Positions 38,593-49,856 of a DNA stretch of 64,000 nt are shown one piece after another (position 1 is the first letter of the stretch; every line of letters begins with the position of its first letter). Where the stretch lies: positions 1 to 64,000 of IMG/VR virus record IMGVR_UViG_3300044712_000792; one strand, 5' to 3'. Below the pieces are notes generated by a model. The model searched no databases. It was not told the DNA's origin and worked only from the letters and a program-made list of their open reading frames with translations. The position numbers and the translations under genes are program-made. Origin of the DNA: a virus.

Positions 38593-39045
38593 TTATTCTC
38601 CATAATGTTTTGCCCCTAATGCCTTTAGTTTTTCAATAATATCTTTTACATTTCTACCTGATTTTTCCAATGTTTCTGCCATATCTAAAGGTGTTTTTTT
38701 ATAACTTTTGTAACCCCGTGGAGAAAGCCAACTATAAGACACCAAAAAGTTTACATCAAGTTTTGTACTTTTAGCATATGCTAAAAATAGTCTTACCATA
38801 TTAAGTCTTTTATTAAATAAAGCAAGGGAAAATGGGGTATGTTGTCCTATTCTAGTATTAACATCAATCTTCAGTTCTTTAGCACAAGACAAAACAAGTT
38901 TAAGCATATCATATCTATAATACTCTACCATATAATATAAATTATCATAAGCATTTATATTAGCACCCTGTTCAAGAAGCTGAACAAATGTAAAAAAGTT
39001 ATTATGTACTACAGAACTTCTTAATTCAAAATTAAGGTCAGCCAC
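38593..39045 (-). CDS. Ankyrin-repeat protein
   Basis: LLEQGANIN, HTPFSLA, KTPLDMA, LKALGAK. Confidence 0.85.
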   Translation of the reverse strand: MADLNFELRSSVVHNNFFTFVQLLEQGANINAYDNLYYMVEYYRYDMLKLVLSCAKELKIDVNTRIGQHTPFSLALFNKRLNMVRLFLAYAKSTKLDVNFLVSYSWLSPRGYKSYKKTPLDMAETLEKSGRNVKDIIEKLKALGAKHYGE

Positions 39046-40161
39046 TTAACTCTCCCTTACCGTTACAATACCTGTTCTAGTTTCTATTTCCAAATTAGGT
39101 AATGTTACGGTCAGTTTCCATCTATACTTCCTAGCTTTTAGATATGCATGATGTGTTATAGCATCAGTAGACTCAAATACATAGACATAATCTGGCTGCG
39201 TATCCGTGTATGTTAATGCGGGTTCTGTAGCTGGAGGTACTATTTCAACTATACCTATTAAACCACTAGTAATTGTATTACCAGTTGAAGTTATTCTGTA
39301 TATTCTGTACTCTATAGCATCGCTAACCGCTGTCCAGGTCAAGGTAACATAATCATTATCTCCTAGAGGCGGAGCAGATGGGATTTGAACTTCTTGGGAT
39401 ATGATTAGTCGTCTAGCTGTAACAGCAACAACGATGTAAGTATATGTATATGCAGTAGATGTAGCCACTTTGGTTAATACAGCAGTAGGGGCTTCAAAGG
39501 CACATTTAGGTGTTGTTCCTCTAGTTACCCCTGTAAAATCTCCGTGATGTTTAATACAATAACAACCAGAGAACATTGTGTCATAAAAAAGTTCTAATAT
39601 CTGAAACTTTGAGGAACTAAAGATATAATCCTCAAATGTTATGGTTAAAATGAATGTGTCTTCCCAATAAAACGGCTTGAATTGCTTCCATGTAGTAATC
39701 AAATCTGTTGTCATTAAAAGAGTTACACCATTATTCAAATCTCCAATCCATTCAAATTCTGGTTCAATTTTAGCTGTCTTCTCTTGTAATCCGCAGGTTA
39801 AATACTTTCCCTTTAGATTAATCTTCTTCTTTTCTTCGGTAAGAACTAGTGTATTTTCTCTTGGGTTTGTTTGAACTTGTTTGTTAATTTTAGTGTTCTT
39901 GGCAGTTACCAATACGCTTACCCAAAATACTATCGGAACTGCCTCTAAATTAAGGTCAAATACAATGGAACTAGCCAATATGGTTAGGTCTTCTATTTCA
40001 GCTTTACCAACAACTCTATCATTTACAAAGAATAGAACATCTACCGAATTGCTAGATACTTCTTGTTTTGCATATAGTTCTTCTAAAGTTGTAATAGTAT
40101 CTTGTTCTACCGACCACTCTAATTTTAAGTCTTTATTGTTTATTGATTTTTCTACAATCAT
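39046..40161 (-). CDS. Putative virion structural protein with Fn3/Ig-like domain
   Basis: YTYIVVAV...VTLTWTAVSDAIEYRIYR; tail-module context. Confidence 0.6.
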   Translation of the reverse strand: MIVEKSINNKDLKLEWSVEQDTITTLEELYAKQEVSSNSVDVLFFVNDRVVGKAEIEDLTILASSIVFDLNLEAVPIVFWVSVLVTAKNTKINKQVQTNPRENTLVLTEEKKKINLKGKYLTCGLQEKTAKIEPEFEWIGDLNNGVTLLMTTDLITTWKQFKPFYWEDTFILTITFEDYIFSSSKFQILELFYDTMFSGCYCIKHHGDFTGVTRGTTPKCAFEAPTAVLTKVATSTAYTYTYIVVAVTARRLIISQEVQIPSAPPLGDNDYVTLTWTAVSDAIEYRIYRITSTGNTITSGLIGIVEIVPPATEPALTYTDTQPDYVYVFESTDAITHHAYLKARKYRWKLTVTLPNLEIETRTGIVTVRES

Positions 40162-40688
40162 TCAGTAACCTTATGTTTTTCCATAAATCGTATAATTTTT
40201 TCTTTATCTGGCCCTTTAGCAAACCCAAAACTAGTCAGATTCCAATTACATGCTCTATAAGGGTCCGCCCCTAGTTTTATTAGAAATTCCACATTATCAA
40301 AATCACCCATATCACAAGCACACATTAAAGGTGTGATGCCATTTTTATTACCATAATCAGCACTACAACCACCATCAATTAATTTTTGCAATAACACCCT
40401 ATCAGTAATTCTAGCCCACATAGCAAAATGTATTATAGTATTCCTATAATTTTTTGTTTTAGCCTTTAAATTTAGCTTTAGGTCTTTTGCATTATTAAGC
40501 ATAAACCTAGCCATATCAATTCTATTTTCGTTGAGCATATGGGCTAACAAAGGAATTTCATCATCGCTATATCTATTAGTAACATAAGTGTTAGCAGAAA
40601 CACCATTATCTAGTAATTCATATAATTGTCTTAAGCTATTTTTCTCAACAGCTTCCGTTAGTTTTTCTATTACATTTTCTATTGGCAT
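40158..40688 (-). CDS. Ankyrin-repeat protein
   Basis: LLDNGVSAN, NTIIHFA, NGITPLMCAC...VEFLIKLGADP. Confidence 0.9.
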   Translation of the reverse strand: MPIENVIEKLTEAVEKNSLRQLYELLDNGVSANTYVTNRYSDDEIPLLAHMLNENRIDMARFMLNNAKDLKLNLKAKTKNYRNTIIHFAMWARITDRVLLQKLIDGGCSADYGNKNGITPLMCACDMGDFDNVEFLIKLGADPYRACNWNLTSFGFAKGPDKEKIIRFMEKHKVTE

Positions 40689-40689
40689 T

Positions 40690-41094
40690 TTACATCACAT
40701 TATTGCTTGAGAAATTGAATAAGAACTGTTGGTCGGTTGAGGTTTCAGTATTCCTTACATTCATAACAATTATCATTTTTACATTGTAATCTTCTGTATC
40801 ACCAACTGGACTGAATGTTATGTACAAAGAATCCACAGCTAAATATGACAGATATTTTTTCATTTGTAAGGTTATTATATTACGAATTTCTTGGATTACT
40901 AGGTCTGTTGATGGGGCAAACAAGTAACTTCTTATGCCTATACCGAACTCTGGGTATCCTACTCTTTCACCTGGAACAGTCATAAGTAGCTGATAAATAT
41001 TGACATACATACCTTCAACAGAACTTCTATCTGTGCCTTGAAAATATCCATCGGTCATAGATTTTTTGAAAGGTATTAAAATGCTATTTGGCAC
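40690..41094 (-). CDS. Baseplate wedge/sheath initiator (gp25/gpW-like)
   Basis: LLMTVPGERVGYPEFGIGIRSYLF. Confidence 0.9.
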   Translation of the reverse strand: MPNSILIPFKKSMTDGYFQGTDRSSVEGMYVNIYQLLMTVPGERVGYPEFGIGIRSYLFAPSTDLVIQEIRNIITLQMKKYLSYLAVDSLYITFSPVGDTEDYNVKMIIVMNVRNTETSTDQQFLFNFSSNNVM

Positions 41095-41097
41095 TTA

Positions 41098-41322
41098 TCA
41101 CTCCTTTTGTTTATATTCTTTACGGTCATTCAATATAGCAGAACCTTCATATTGTATCAATAATGTTATTTCAATAATCCCTGTTTTGTTGTCCCTTGTT
41201 GCTGAAATTGTTTTAACATCATTTACCGAACCCCACCTTCCTTGACAATTTTCCAAAATTTCGTTAATCTCTTCCGTTACATCGCTTTCGCTACCTTTGA
41301 ATGTCTTGATTAAAACCTTCAT
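41098..41322 (-). CDS. Hypothetical protein
   Basis: AAGGAG SD on minus strand. Confidence 0.55.
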   Translation of the reverse strand: MKVLIKTFKGSESDVTEEINEILENCQGRWGSVNDVKTISATRDNKTGIIEITLLIQYEGSAILNDRKEYKQKE

Positions 41323-41451
41323 AAGTCTCCTTCACGAGTTTTGGTGTCAATTTCTTGAACCGGGCTTTACTTTATATTCTTTTCCGAATTAGAATAGAAT
41401 ATAAGATAAATGGTTATTTACCTTGAAATATAAGAAAAAAAGGGGTCAATT

Positions 41452-44400
41452 ATGGTCAAATTAATAGAGGCAGACATTCCTGTTAGAATATTGCTTTCTG
41501 AAGCTAAATTGAGAGATGTATATGAACAATATAAGCTAACAGATGAAGAAAAACTGTATTTTAACCAAATCATTGAAAAACAAAGACATTTACAAAAATA
41601 TATGCCACACATAATAAAATTCATCAAAGAGGATGGGTATGCCCCAAGTGTAGTCTTTGAGATATTCAATCTGTTTGAAAAATACAAAGATGTTGTCCCA
41701 CATAAAGACTTTATGGATGCTAAATATTATTCTACGCTTTTAGACTTTAGACAAGCAATAAAAGTAGCACAAAGAGAGAAAAAAGCAGCTGTAATTGGTG
41801 GAGTAAACCCTAGTGTTGTTGAACGAATTGAGAATGGATTAAAACAGTTTTCAACAACAACATTTCTAGTTTCTGAAACAGACGAATATTGGGTTATTTA
41901 TATTGGGTCGTTTCCAGCTAGTGTTTATTTCTGTGAAGAACCTAGAAAACAGACATCAAAACTCGGTGGACCTCCTTGGTGTATTGGAGCCCAAGAAGGC
42001 AATTACAATAACTACCATCGTGATTACAAATCGTGTTTTTTGATTCAACCCAAAGATGGATATATGAAAAGCACCATTTTCTATGCTAGTGCTACCGCTC
42101 TTGAAAGAACAGATATTATGAACACAATGCATTATGATGAAGGTCCCTGGCATGGTGTCCTTAAGGTAATCAGAGAAAATGAAATGGTGAAAAAGATTTG
42201 GGAGGTTAGAAGGGCGCAGCCTAGTCTTGCTATAAAAGATGTATCATTTTTTGTTATATCTGGTATTCCTGTTGGGACAGATTCTATGAAAACAATTGAA
42301 ACGCTAATAGAAAAAGAAGGAATAACTTTAACAAAAGATGAATGGGAGGAAATAAAGAAAAGTCCACAAACAGTTCTATCAAGAATATCATCTTGTCCTA
42401 GTAATAAAGGGTTTTTTTATTGGATAGCTTATGCTGGTATTTGGCCAGAGTATTATGACATTTATTGTAAGGGTAGTGCTAAATTGTATGATTCAAAACT
42501 ACCATTCAAATTGAAAGTAGACTTGGTGAAAGCAGGGTCAAATTATGGAACACATTTAATGTATTCGTTTGGGACATTAATGAGCAAACTTGGTGACATT
42601 AAAGTTGATGATTTTCTTGACGAAGCAACCGTTGCCACACTATTCAACGAGTACAAGAAAGACAATAATAACACTTTAGAACTATTGTCACAACTTAATT
42701 TTGATACAAAGGAAGAAAAACTTATTGATTTCATAAGATTCGCTGTTGCCCACCCAAAACTTCTTCGTTCCCCAGCTACAGCTAATAGTATATTTCATGA
42801 TGCTAATGCCCATCTTGCCCATTTTACAGCAAATTTAATGCTTCAAACACTACAACTGTTAGAAAAAAAGGTTAAAATATCCGATATACTAAAAAAATTA
42901 GTTCCAGAAACAGATTATGAAACAAAAATTATAGCATATAATTCTATGGGTTTACCTGCTTGGGAGATGACACAAGAAAATTTAGTAAACGGTAGCATAG
43001 AGGCTGTCGCAGAGATAGAAAAGAATCGTGCAACCCTAAAGAAAGGTTATAGTATAGAGTATTTGAAATTGTATGTGTTTACATATCCAGAGTTACTCCC
43101 AATACTATTATCGGAACACAATTATGCTCAAACATTTAAGAATTTCTACAATATTACCGCAGAAACTAGAGATAAATTTGTTAAATTTTATGTTTCTATA
43201 CCTCAATCTTATAGAGATTTGTTTGAGAAAATACTTACCGATATTGGGTACACTACTGATACGGCATTAGTAGAATCGTTTATGGAAGCTTATAAAGCAG
43301 ATGCCTCATTTTTGGATGAAAAACAGATATACACAATCTTTAAACACGCTATTAACAACTATGGTAATGGTTATTTTTCTTGGATTAACGGCCCTTTACA
43401 ACAGTTATTTACAGACCCAGCAGTTAAAAACCCTATGAGTAACGCTATAAATTTTTACCCTAGAATATTTAGACCTATTGAAGGAACAGCTAACTTCAAA
43501 AAAATAATACAACAATATAATAGATTTCAAGATGCTGTGCGTTATGCTTCAAGTCATGATGTTAGACCAAGTTCAAGAACTTGGGGTAATAATTTAACTT
43601 TTGAAATGTTGCAAATGTATACAGACCAGCAACTTACAAATATGTATATGCTAACAAATTATCTTTCATTTAGCCCAGACAACGAAACTACTCAAGAAGT
43701 CATATATATGTTTTCTAATGAAGTAGTTGCTGCATTTGTAGCATCTAACCCAAAGATAAAAGATATTAATAAAGTAGGTCTAATATTTTTCAATTTAAAA
43801 AAACTATTGAAAACAGAAGAAAAAATGTTAGAATACTTAAAATCAAATGTGGTTAATGATGTTATAGCTGATTGTGATTCTCTTGAAGCTCTGGAAACAC
43901 TTGGTAAGTTTGGTGCGTTCCTTATAGCTGCAAATAAAGAAAAGTTTGAAAAATTCCTAGCCGAAACAAAAGAGTGGAGTTCTGGGCTTATAAAGTATCT
44001 TTTAGCTTTTCAATATGGCACTTTAGATAATGGAGTAATAGATGCAATTTTAAGGCATAAATCGGTTTTTGAAGAAGCGTTCAAAACTAGTACTTTTAAG
44101 GATTTCCCAAATTCGTTAGTCCAACAAGCCTATAATATGTTTTCTTATAATGTTTATCATGGTGGTGGTCTGTCTAATGTTGAAACTATTAAGCTATTCC
44201 TTTCTATGGATTTTAAGAATTTAATAGAACCATTAGACCTAGCAAAGCAAAACAATTTATGGAATTGGATGGCGTATGCTGTTGGTAGGACTTCTTCATA
44301 TAGCAGTAGTATGCCTACTGTTGGTTCTCCTGCTGCGGTAACATCAATAACTAAATTACAAGAAATGGCATTCAAATTACCTAAACTAATAGCATTAGCA

Positions 44401-45645
44401 AAGCAATTAACCCGAATGGAAACATTAAAACGTCAAGATGGTGGGGTTAAAAGACTTTATACCAATATTGATTACATTTTAGCTTTTAGCGAAACCTTGG
44501 AGATAGGGAAAATCCTTTTTGATGGTGTATATGATACCCCTACTATAGATAAAAAATTTGCTAAAGTGGCGAGCCTTAACTTAAAACACCCCGGATATGC
44601 TATGTTACATATGCTACACGGAGTAATAAAGGCAGAAGTACTAAAAAGTTTAGATGAATATATGCCAGCGATTATGACAATACTTAAATGGGATTATGCA
44701 AAACTACAAAATTTGTTGGGTAAAATAAACATATCTGATATAGCAGAAGCTTCACAGAACAATACACTAGAAGAACTCTTGTCAAACCAAGAATACATAC
44801 ACATAACCTTACCAAATTGCTTGTATGATTTACTCCAATTTGCGGAAGATGGCGATTATCATTACGGAATAGCTATAAATGCTATACCAGAGGTTGGTAT
44901 TGCAACCTATTCAAACACAGAAGTATCGTTGGTGGCTTTACATAAAACTATTAAATCAAAATCTATTGTAGTAATTTTAAAAAATCATAGGTTTGTTTTA
45001 CCTAATAGGAGTAAGGGTAGAAAATCTAGTGATGTTAATATTGTTATTGAAAAATTTAAGGCTAGTATTTCTGATGTAAAGTTTTTTGATAAGTTTAATG
45101 ACGATAAGTATAGTGGTCGCATTGAATTAATCAAACATTTAGTTCCAGATAATAGTCAAGAAATAGATAAAGTAGTATCTCATATTTTATCTACTTGGGA
45201 TAATTCAATGAAAGGACTTGGCAGGAAAATACAGGTATATGTTATGTTTTATGGGGATTCTAGTGGTATTACGGTTAATAAGTTATTGGTAGATTTTATA
45301 GAGGCGAATCTTAATGCAGGGTTTTTGGGTAGCCTTCTAAATGCATATAATTACTATATGCCAACCATTTCAAAAGAGAAAAAAACAAGGTTCTGGTATA
45401 TAGCAGGGTTGGCTTGTGTGTTTGGTGTTAAAAACAATATTGATGTCGCAAAAATAAGTGGATGGACACCAGTCCTTTCACAATTAAAAATGGCTAGTTT
45501 GACATTTGATTTAAAGGATACAATTAAACAGATATTCAATTTGCGAGTTCCGTTACTAACTTCAATAGAGAAGTTAGAAATATCATCAAGTAACAAGCAT
45601 GCATTAAAAACTCTTATGAATTTAGAAGGTATAGAACAATGGTAA
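41452..45645 (+). CDS. Giant hypothetical protein, paralog 1 of 3 (N-terminal WCIG domain)
   Basis: 1397 aa; colinear similarity to the next two ORFs. Confidence 0.85.
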   Translation: MVKLIEADIPVRILLSEAKLRDVYEQYKLTDEEKLYFNQIIEKQRHLQKYMPHIIKFIKEDGYAPSVVFEIFNLFEKYKDVVPHKDFMDAKYYSTLLDFRQAIKVAQREKKAAVIGGVNPSVVERIENGLKQFSTTTFLVSETDEYWVIYIGSFPASVYFCEEPRKQTSKLGGPPWCIGAQEGNYNNYHRDYKSCFLIQPKDGYMKSTIFYASATALERTDIMNTMHYDEGPWHGVLKVIRENEMVKKIWEVRRAQPSLAIKDVSFFVISGIPVGTDSMKTIETLIEKEGITLTKDEWEEIKKSPQTVLSRISSCPSNKGFFYWIAYAGIWPEYYDIYCKGSAKLYDSKLPFKLKVDLVKAGSNYGTHLMYSFGTLMSKLGDIKVDDFLDEATVATLFNEYKKDNNNTLELLSQLNFDTKEEKLIDFIRFAVAHPKLLRSPATANSIFHDANAHLAHFTANLMLQTLQLLEKKVKISDILKKLVPETDYETKIIAYNSMGLPAWEMTQENLVNGSIEAVAEIEKNRATLKKGYSIEYLKLYVFTYPELLPILLSEHNYAQTFKNFYNITAETRDKFVKFYVSIPQSYRDLFEKILTDIGYTTDTALVESFMEAYKADASFLDEKQIYTIFKHAINNYGNGYFSWINGPLQQLFTDPAVKNPMSNAINFYPRIFRPIEGTANFKKIIQQYNRFQDAVRYASSHDVRPSSRTWGNNLTFEMLQMYTDQQLTNMYMLTNYLSFSPDNETTQEVIYMFSNEVVAAFVASNPKIKDINKVGLIFFNLKKLLKTEEKMLEYLKSNVVNDVIADCDSLEALETLGKFGAFLIAANKEKFEKFLAETKEWSSGLIKYLLAFQYGTLDNGVIDAILRHKSVFEEAFKTSTFKDFPNSLVQQAYNMFSYNVYHGGGLSNVETIKLFLSMDFKNLIEPLDLAKQNNLWNWMAYAVGRTSSYSSSMPTVGSPAAVTSITKLQEMAFKLPKLIALAKQLTRMETLKRQDGGVKRLYTNIDYILAFSETLEIGKILFDGVYDTPTIDKKFAKVASLNLKHPGYAMLHMLHGVIKAEVLKSLDEYMPAIMTILKWDYAKLQNLLGKINISDIAEASQNNTLEELLSNQEYIHITLPNCLYDLLQFAEDGDYHYGIAINAIPEVGIATYSNTEVSLVALHKTIKSKSIVVILKNHRFVLPNRSKGRKSSDVNIVIEKFKASISDVKFFDKFNDDKYSGRIELIKHLVPDNSQEIDKVVSHILSTWDNSMKGLGRKIQVYVMFYGDSSGITVNKLLVDFIEANLNAGFLGSLLNAYNYYMPTISKEKKTRFWYIAGLACVFGVKNNIDVAKISGWTPVLSQLKMASLTFDLKDTIKQIFNLRVPLLTSIEKLEISSSNKHALKTLMNLEGIEQW

Positions 45646-48600
45646 AAAAACTTATTACCGAAGCTAGATTAAGGGATGTTTATACCAAATACAACTTGAC
45701 TGACGATGAAAAAACCTATTTTAATAAGGTCATTGAGAAGCAAAAATTTATGCAGAAGTATATGCCACAAATTGTCAAATTCGTCAAACAAGATGGGGAA
45801 GAAGCAGATTTTGTTCTTGATGTATTTAATACATTTGAAAACTACAAGGATAAGGTTGAACATAAGGACTTTTTAGACGAGAAGGCTTACCCAGATTTGT
45901 ATTCGTATAGGGCTGCTGTTAAAAACTTTATGACCACAAAACGAGTAGCATCAAATCCTATCAGAGAAAATGTTGAAAATGGGCTAAACCAATTCAGCAC
46001 AACAACTTACCTTGTTAAAGAAACAGATAATTTTTGGCTTATTTATATAGGTTCTTTTCCAGCTAGTGTGTATTTCTGTACAGAACCAAGAAAAGTAACG
46101 GGTCGTCTAGGAGGCTCACCTTGGTGTATTGGTGCTAATGAAAGTAACTATAATGGTTATCACGATGGTGGCAATTTGTGCTTTATTGTAATGTTTAAAG
46201 ATACATACGATAAAAGCACCATTTATTATGCAAATAGAAGTGGGTTTACTAGAACAGACATTATGAACCACGCATACAATACTGATGCTGGTACTATTTG
46301 TGATGGTGTTTATCAGATTATAAAAGCAGACCCTATGGTAAATAAACTGTGGGATGCTAGAAATAAAGTGGGTAACTCAATACCAATAAGTTTTGTGTCT
46401 TCTTTTGTTTTAGCTGGAATGGAAGTATCTTCAGATAAGAATTTGTTATTAGATGCTGTTTTGAAGAAGCACAATATTCAACTTAATGGGGAAGAATTAG
46501 ACCTATTAAAAAGAAGGTTTAGTATCTCTGCTACAACTGTTTTGAATTATATGAGTGAAGCCCCTACTAAAGAAGATTATTGGCATTGGGTTAGAGTGTC
46601 AGCAACAATGCAAGGCCAGGGCCTACTAGTAAGTCGTAATTTGAGTAAGCTATTGTATAATTCAAAAGTTCCATTTTCAGTTAAGAAAAAAATAGCAAGA
46701 GCTCCAGATGGTGGTGCCCCTGATATGTGGTATAGATTTTCATATCTTATATACCCCTTAAATATAGATGACCTTGATTCTTTGTTCCCTGGTGATTTGC
46801 TATCAGAGTTTATTGAGGCTACTACGCCAACTTTAATGAGAAATGAGATTTTTAATTGGTTTTATGCGAGTGCTGGACTTGAATTTTCAGAGTACAAAAA
46901 AGAAGAACTTATTGGATTACTTGAATTTATTAAAACAAATCCTTCCTTCGTTTCTGCAATTCTTGGTAGTATCAGTAAATTTAGCAAATTTACTGTTGGG
47001 TTATTGCTACAAGCGTTTAATCTTTTATTGAAAAAAGAAGCAAATGTTGATACTATGTTAGATAAGCTAGTTCCTTCTACAGAATATGAAACTAAAATAT
47101 TAGAGATATTGAAGATAGGTTCGTTAAGCACTTGGAAACTAACAAAAGAACAAGTAATGGCCGCCGATTTGGAAGTATTAAAACAAGTAAATGAAAAAGC
47201 AAATATAGATATAATTGTACAATATGGACTATCTCAATCTGCAATTAGATATCTTACACTTAAATACCCTAAAATTATAACAATACTAAAAGAAGCACAT
47301 AAATTTCTTTACAACACAGGTTTTATTGGTGGACAGGGGGAAGAAGAATTTATCACAGGATTATTAAAATTCCCACCAGAACAAATACGGGAGTTTAACA
47401 AAGCATTTGAATCAACAGGCTATTCTATGGATAATGGAATTGCTTATTGTTTGGGTTGTTTATTCAAATCTGATATAAGCTTTTTATCCCCAGAGTTACA
47501 AATTAGTTGTGTGCGCTGGACAATAAATAGCTATGGTAATGAATATTTTTCTTTCAGTAGAGGCTTGTTAAGGAATGTGCCATTTTTTCCAAAACAGAAA
47601 GAGGTTACACTACTCCCTAACATATTTGACCAACCTATTATGATGTTCAAACCAGCAGAAGGAACTGCCAATTTTAAAAAGATTCTAGCCAACTATGAGA
47701 AATTTCTTAATGCAATTTTTTATGTTCAATCTAGTGGTTTGACATTAAACTATCAGACAGAATTTTTTAGGTCTATGTCATATGAAACCCTCTCAATGTA
47801 TTCAGAATACCAATTAACAAATCTATTTTTGTTATCACCTTATCTATCAAATCAACAAGAAAATGATGAGACCAAAGATGTAGCTTTAAAATACTCTAGA
47901 AGATTAATACTAGCATTCTTGAAAAGCCTACCACGAATCTCAAATATAAACCATGTTGGACCTTTACTTAACAAATTAAAGGGTTTGTTGGGCACAGAAG
48001 AAAAAATGATTGAGTTTATGAGTAGCCATTCTATTAGCACTAATATGATTCACTTGAAAACTATAGAGCAAATGGAAAAACTATCTAGATATGGTATGTT
48101 TAATTTAACAGCTAGTTATGAGAATATGGAAGCCTTTTTTTCAGAAACAGAAGATATATATGTTGAAGTGGCTAGATATATGAAATTGTCAGGCATTTCA
48201 GAACTAAACAATTCGGTTATTACAGAAGCATTAAAAACTATTGGATTGTTCAGAACTGAAGTTAAAAAAAGCAACTTTTTGAAGCTATCTCCGATAAACT
48301 TTAATGCCGTAAACGCTTTTTGGTTAAATATGGTGTATAAAACAAATTCTAATTATATTTGGCTAACTGAACATATTAGCTTATTTTTCAGTATGGATTT
48401 TGAACGCCTAGACCGTATGGCACCAGAATTTGTTAAACCAAACGCTTTTGCTGGTTGGCTACAAAGTTTCTATAATGGTGGGAATCTTTGGAATGCTGGG
48501 GACGAGAAGGCAAAATCTGCAATAGAAAATGCCTTAAATTATTTAGAATCCGTAATGCCAATCAGAGAGATGTTTAAAAAGTTGGGTGTGACAAATTATT

Positions 48601-49856
48601 CAAATGATGGGTCTTCTGGGGCTTCTAGGGTATTAAAATATGGTAAATTTCTATTAGACACCTGGGAAAACGATAAAGTAACTACAACCATCATTAAAAA
48701 TATACACGCAAATTCTTATTCTACATCTTGGATGCCAATTGTTGAAAAACTTCTTCCACAATTAAAGCACCCTAGTTATGCCTTTCTACCGCTTATCTTT
48801 TCTGGTGATGTAACTACCGAATCCATAATAAAAATTAATGACATTATGCCAATTCTTGTGGAAAAAACTAACTATGACTATTCTAAACTTTTCTCTTTGT
48901 TACAGCATTTGACTACTGAAGAGATAAAAGAAGCTATTGCTAATAACACATTTGATGATATTATTGATATTACAAATTATAGAAAAATTATATTACCTAG
49001 TTGGCTTGGGGGTATAACAGTAATAAGTGAAACAGATGATTTTATCTATGGTATTGCCTTCAAAACGCTTAATCCACTTATCACACACCCTTCAACAAGA
49101 GATAAAATAAATCTTGTTGCAATACACAAAAGTTTACCAAATAAAAGCGTATATGCTATTTTGGAAAACCATGTTATTACCTTGCCTGCTGGAAGCACAA
49201 TAGACCCAATAGACCTTCAGCCTTTGATTAAAGAGTTCAAACATATGTTAAGTCAAGAACATATCATTAAGAAGTTGATTTCAGCAGGTTACCCTTCTTA
49301 TATTAGTGCTATATACCCTAACGACTTGGCAACAAAAGAAAGAATATGTAAATTTATCTTCTCCAATAGTCTTAACAACAACTTTATGATTGATATGGCT
49401 AACAAAATTGCTCTGTATATTTCTATGTACTACAAAAGTGGAGAACTCGAAATAAATAAAATGCTAATGGACTATTTAGAAGGATTGGTAACTAGAAGTG
49501 ATGCCCCAAGTGGACACATTGACACTATGCTAGGTGGTAGTCAATATTATAAGCCAAATATGGAGTCTTCTAAAAAAACACTCTATTGGTTTGTTTGTTG
49601 TCTTGCTATACTGTTGGGCATTAAAAACGGCATAGACATACGAACTAGAACTGCGTTTGATAACTATTATAACTACTTAAGGCCTAGTTTTCTTACTATG
49701 GACGGTAGAAGTATAATAAAGGATATGTTTGACCTTAAACCTCCCATTTTAGATTCAATAGATAACTTGGTTCTCCCGGGTAACGAAGATACAAATACCC
49801 ATAATAAAGGCGTCATTAAAATGCTTTTGGGCTTGGAAGGAATTAAAGAATGGTAA
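45639..49856 (+). CDS. Giant hypothetical protein, paralog 2 of 3
   Basis: 1405 aa; YIGSFPASVYFC, PWCIG, EGTANFKKI and LKHP shared with paralog 1. Confidence 0.85.
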   Translation: MVKKLITEARLRDVYTKYNLTDDEKTYFNKVIEKQKFMQKYMPQIVKFVKQDGEEADFVLDVFNTFENYKDKVEHKDFLDEKAYPDLYSYRAAVKNFMTTKRVASNPIRENVENGLNQFSTTTYLVKETDNFWLIYIGSFPASVYFCTEPRKVTGRLGGSPWCIGANESNYNGYHDGGNLCFIVMFKDTYDKSTIYYANRSGFTRTDIMNHAYNTDAGTICDGVYQIIKADPMVNKLWDARNKVGNSIPISFVSSFVLAGMEVSSDKNLLLDAVLKKHNIQLNGEELDLLKRRFSISATTVLNYMSEAPTKEDYWHWVRVSATMQGQGLLVSRNLSKLLYNSKVPFSVKKKIARAPDGGAPDMWYRFSYLIYPLNIDDLDSLFPGDLLSEFIEATTPTLMRNEIFNWFYASAGLEFSEYKKEELIGLLEFIKTNPSFVSAILGSISKFSKFTVGLLLQAFNLLLKKEANVDTMLDKLVPSTEYETKILEILKIGSLSTWKLTKEQVMAADLEVLKQVNEKANIDIIVQYGLSQSAIRYLTLKYPKIITILKEAHKFLYNTGFIGGQGEEEFITGLLKFPPEQIREFNKAFESTGYSMDNGIAYCLGCLFKSDISFLSPELQISCVRWTINSYGNEYFSFSRGLLRNVPFFPKQKEVTLLPNIFDQPIMMFKPAEGTANFKKILANYEKFLNAIFYVQSSGLTLNYQTEFFRSMSYETLSMYSEYQLTNLFLLSPYLSNQQENDETKDVALKYSRRLILAFLKSLPRISNINHVGPLLNKLKGLLGTEEKMIEFMSSHSISTNMIHLKTIEQMEKLSRYGMFNLTASYENMEAFFSETEDIYVEVARYMKLSGISELNNSVITEALKTIGLFRTEVKKSNFLKLSPINFNAVNAFWLNMVYKTNSNYIWLTEHISLFFSMDFERLDRMAPEFVKPNAFAGWLQSFYNGGNLWNAGDEKAKSAIENALNYLESVMPIREMFKKLGVTNYSNDGSSGASRVLKYGKFLLDTWENDKVTTTIIKNIHANSYSTSWMPIVEKLLPQLKHPSYAFLPLIFSGDVTTESIIKINDIMPILVEKTNYDYSKLFSLLQHLTTEEIKEAIANNTFDDIIDITNYRKIILPSWLGGITVISETDDFIYGIAFKTLNPLITHPSTRDKINLVAIHKSLPNKSVYAILENHVITLPAGSTIDPIDLQPLIKEFKHMLSQEHIIKKLISAGYPSYISAIYPNDLATKERICKFIFSNSLNNNFMIDMANKIALYISMYYKSGELEINKMLMDYLEGLVTRSDAPSGHIDTMLGGSQYYKPNMESSKKTLYWFVCCLAILLGIKNGIDIRTRTAFDNYYNYLRPSFLTMDGRSIIKDMFDLKPPILDSIDNLVLPGNEDTNTHNKGVIKMLLGLEGIKEW

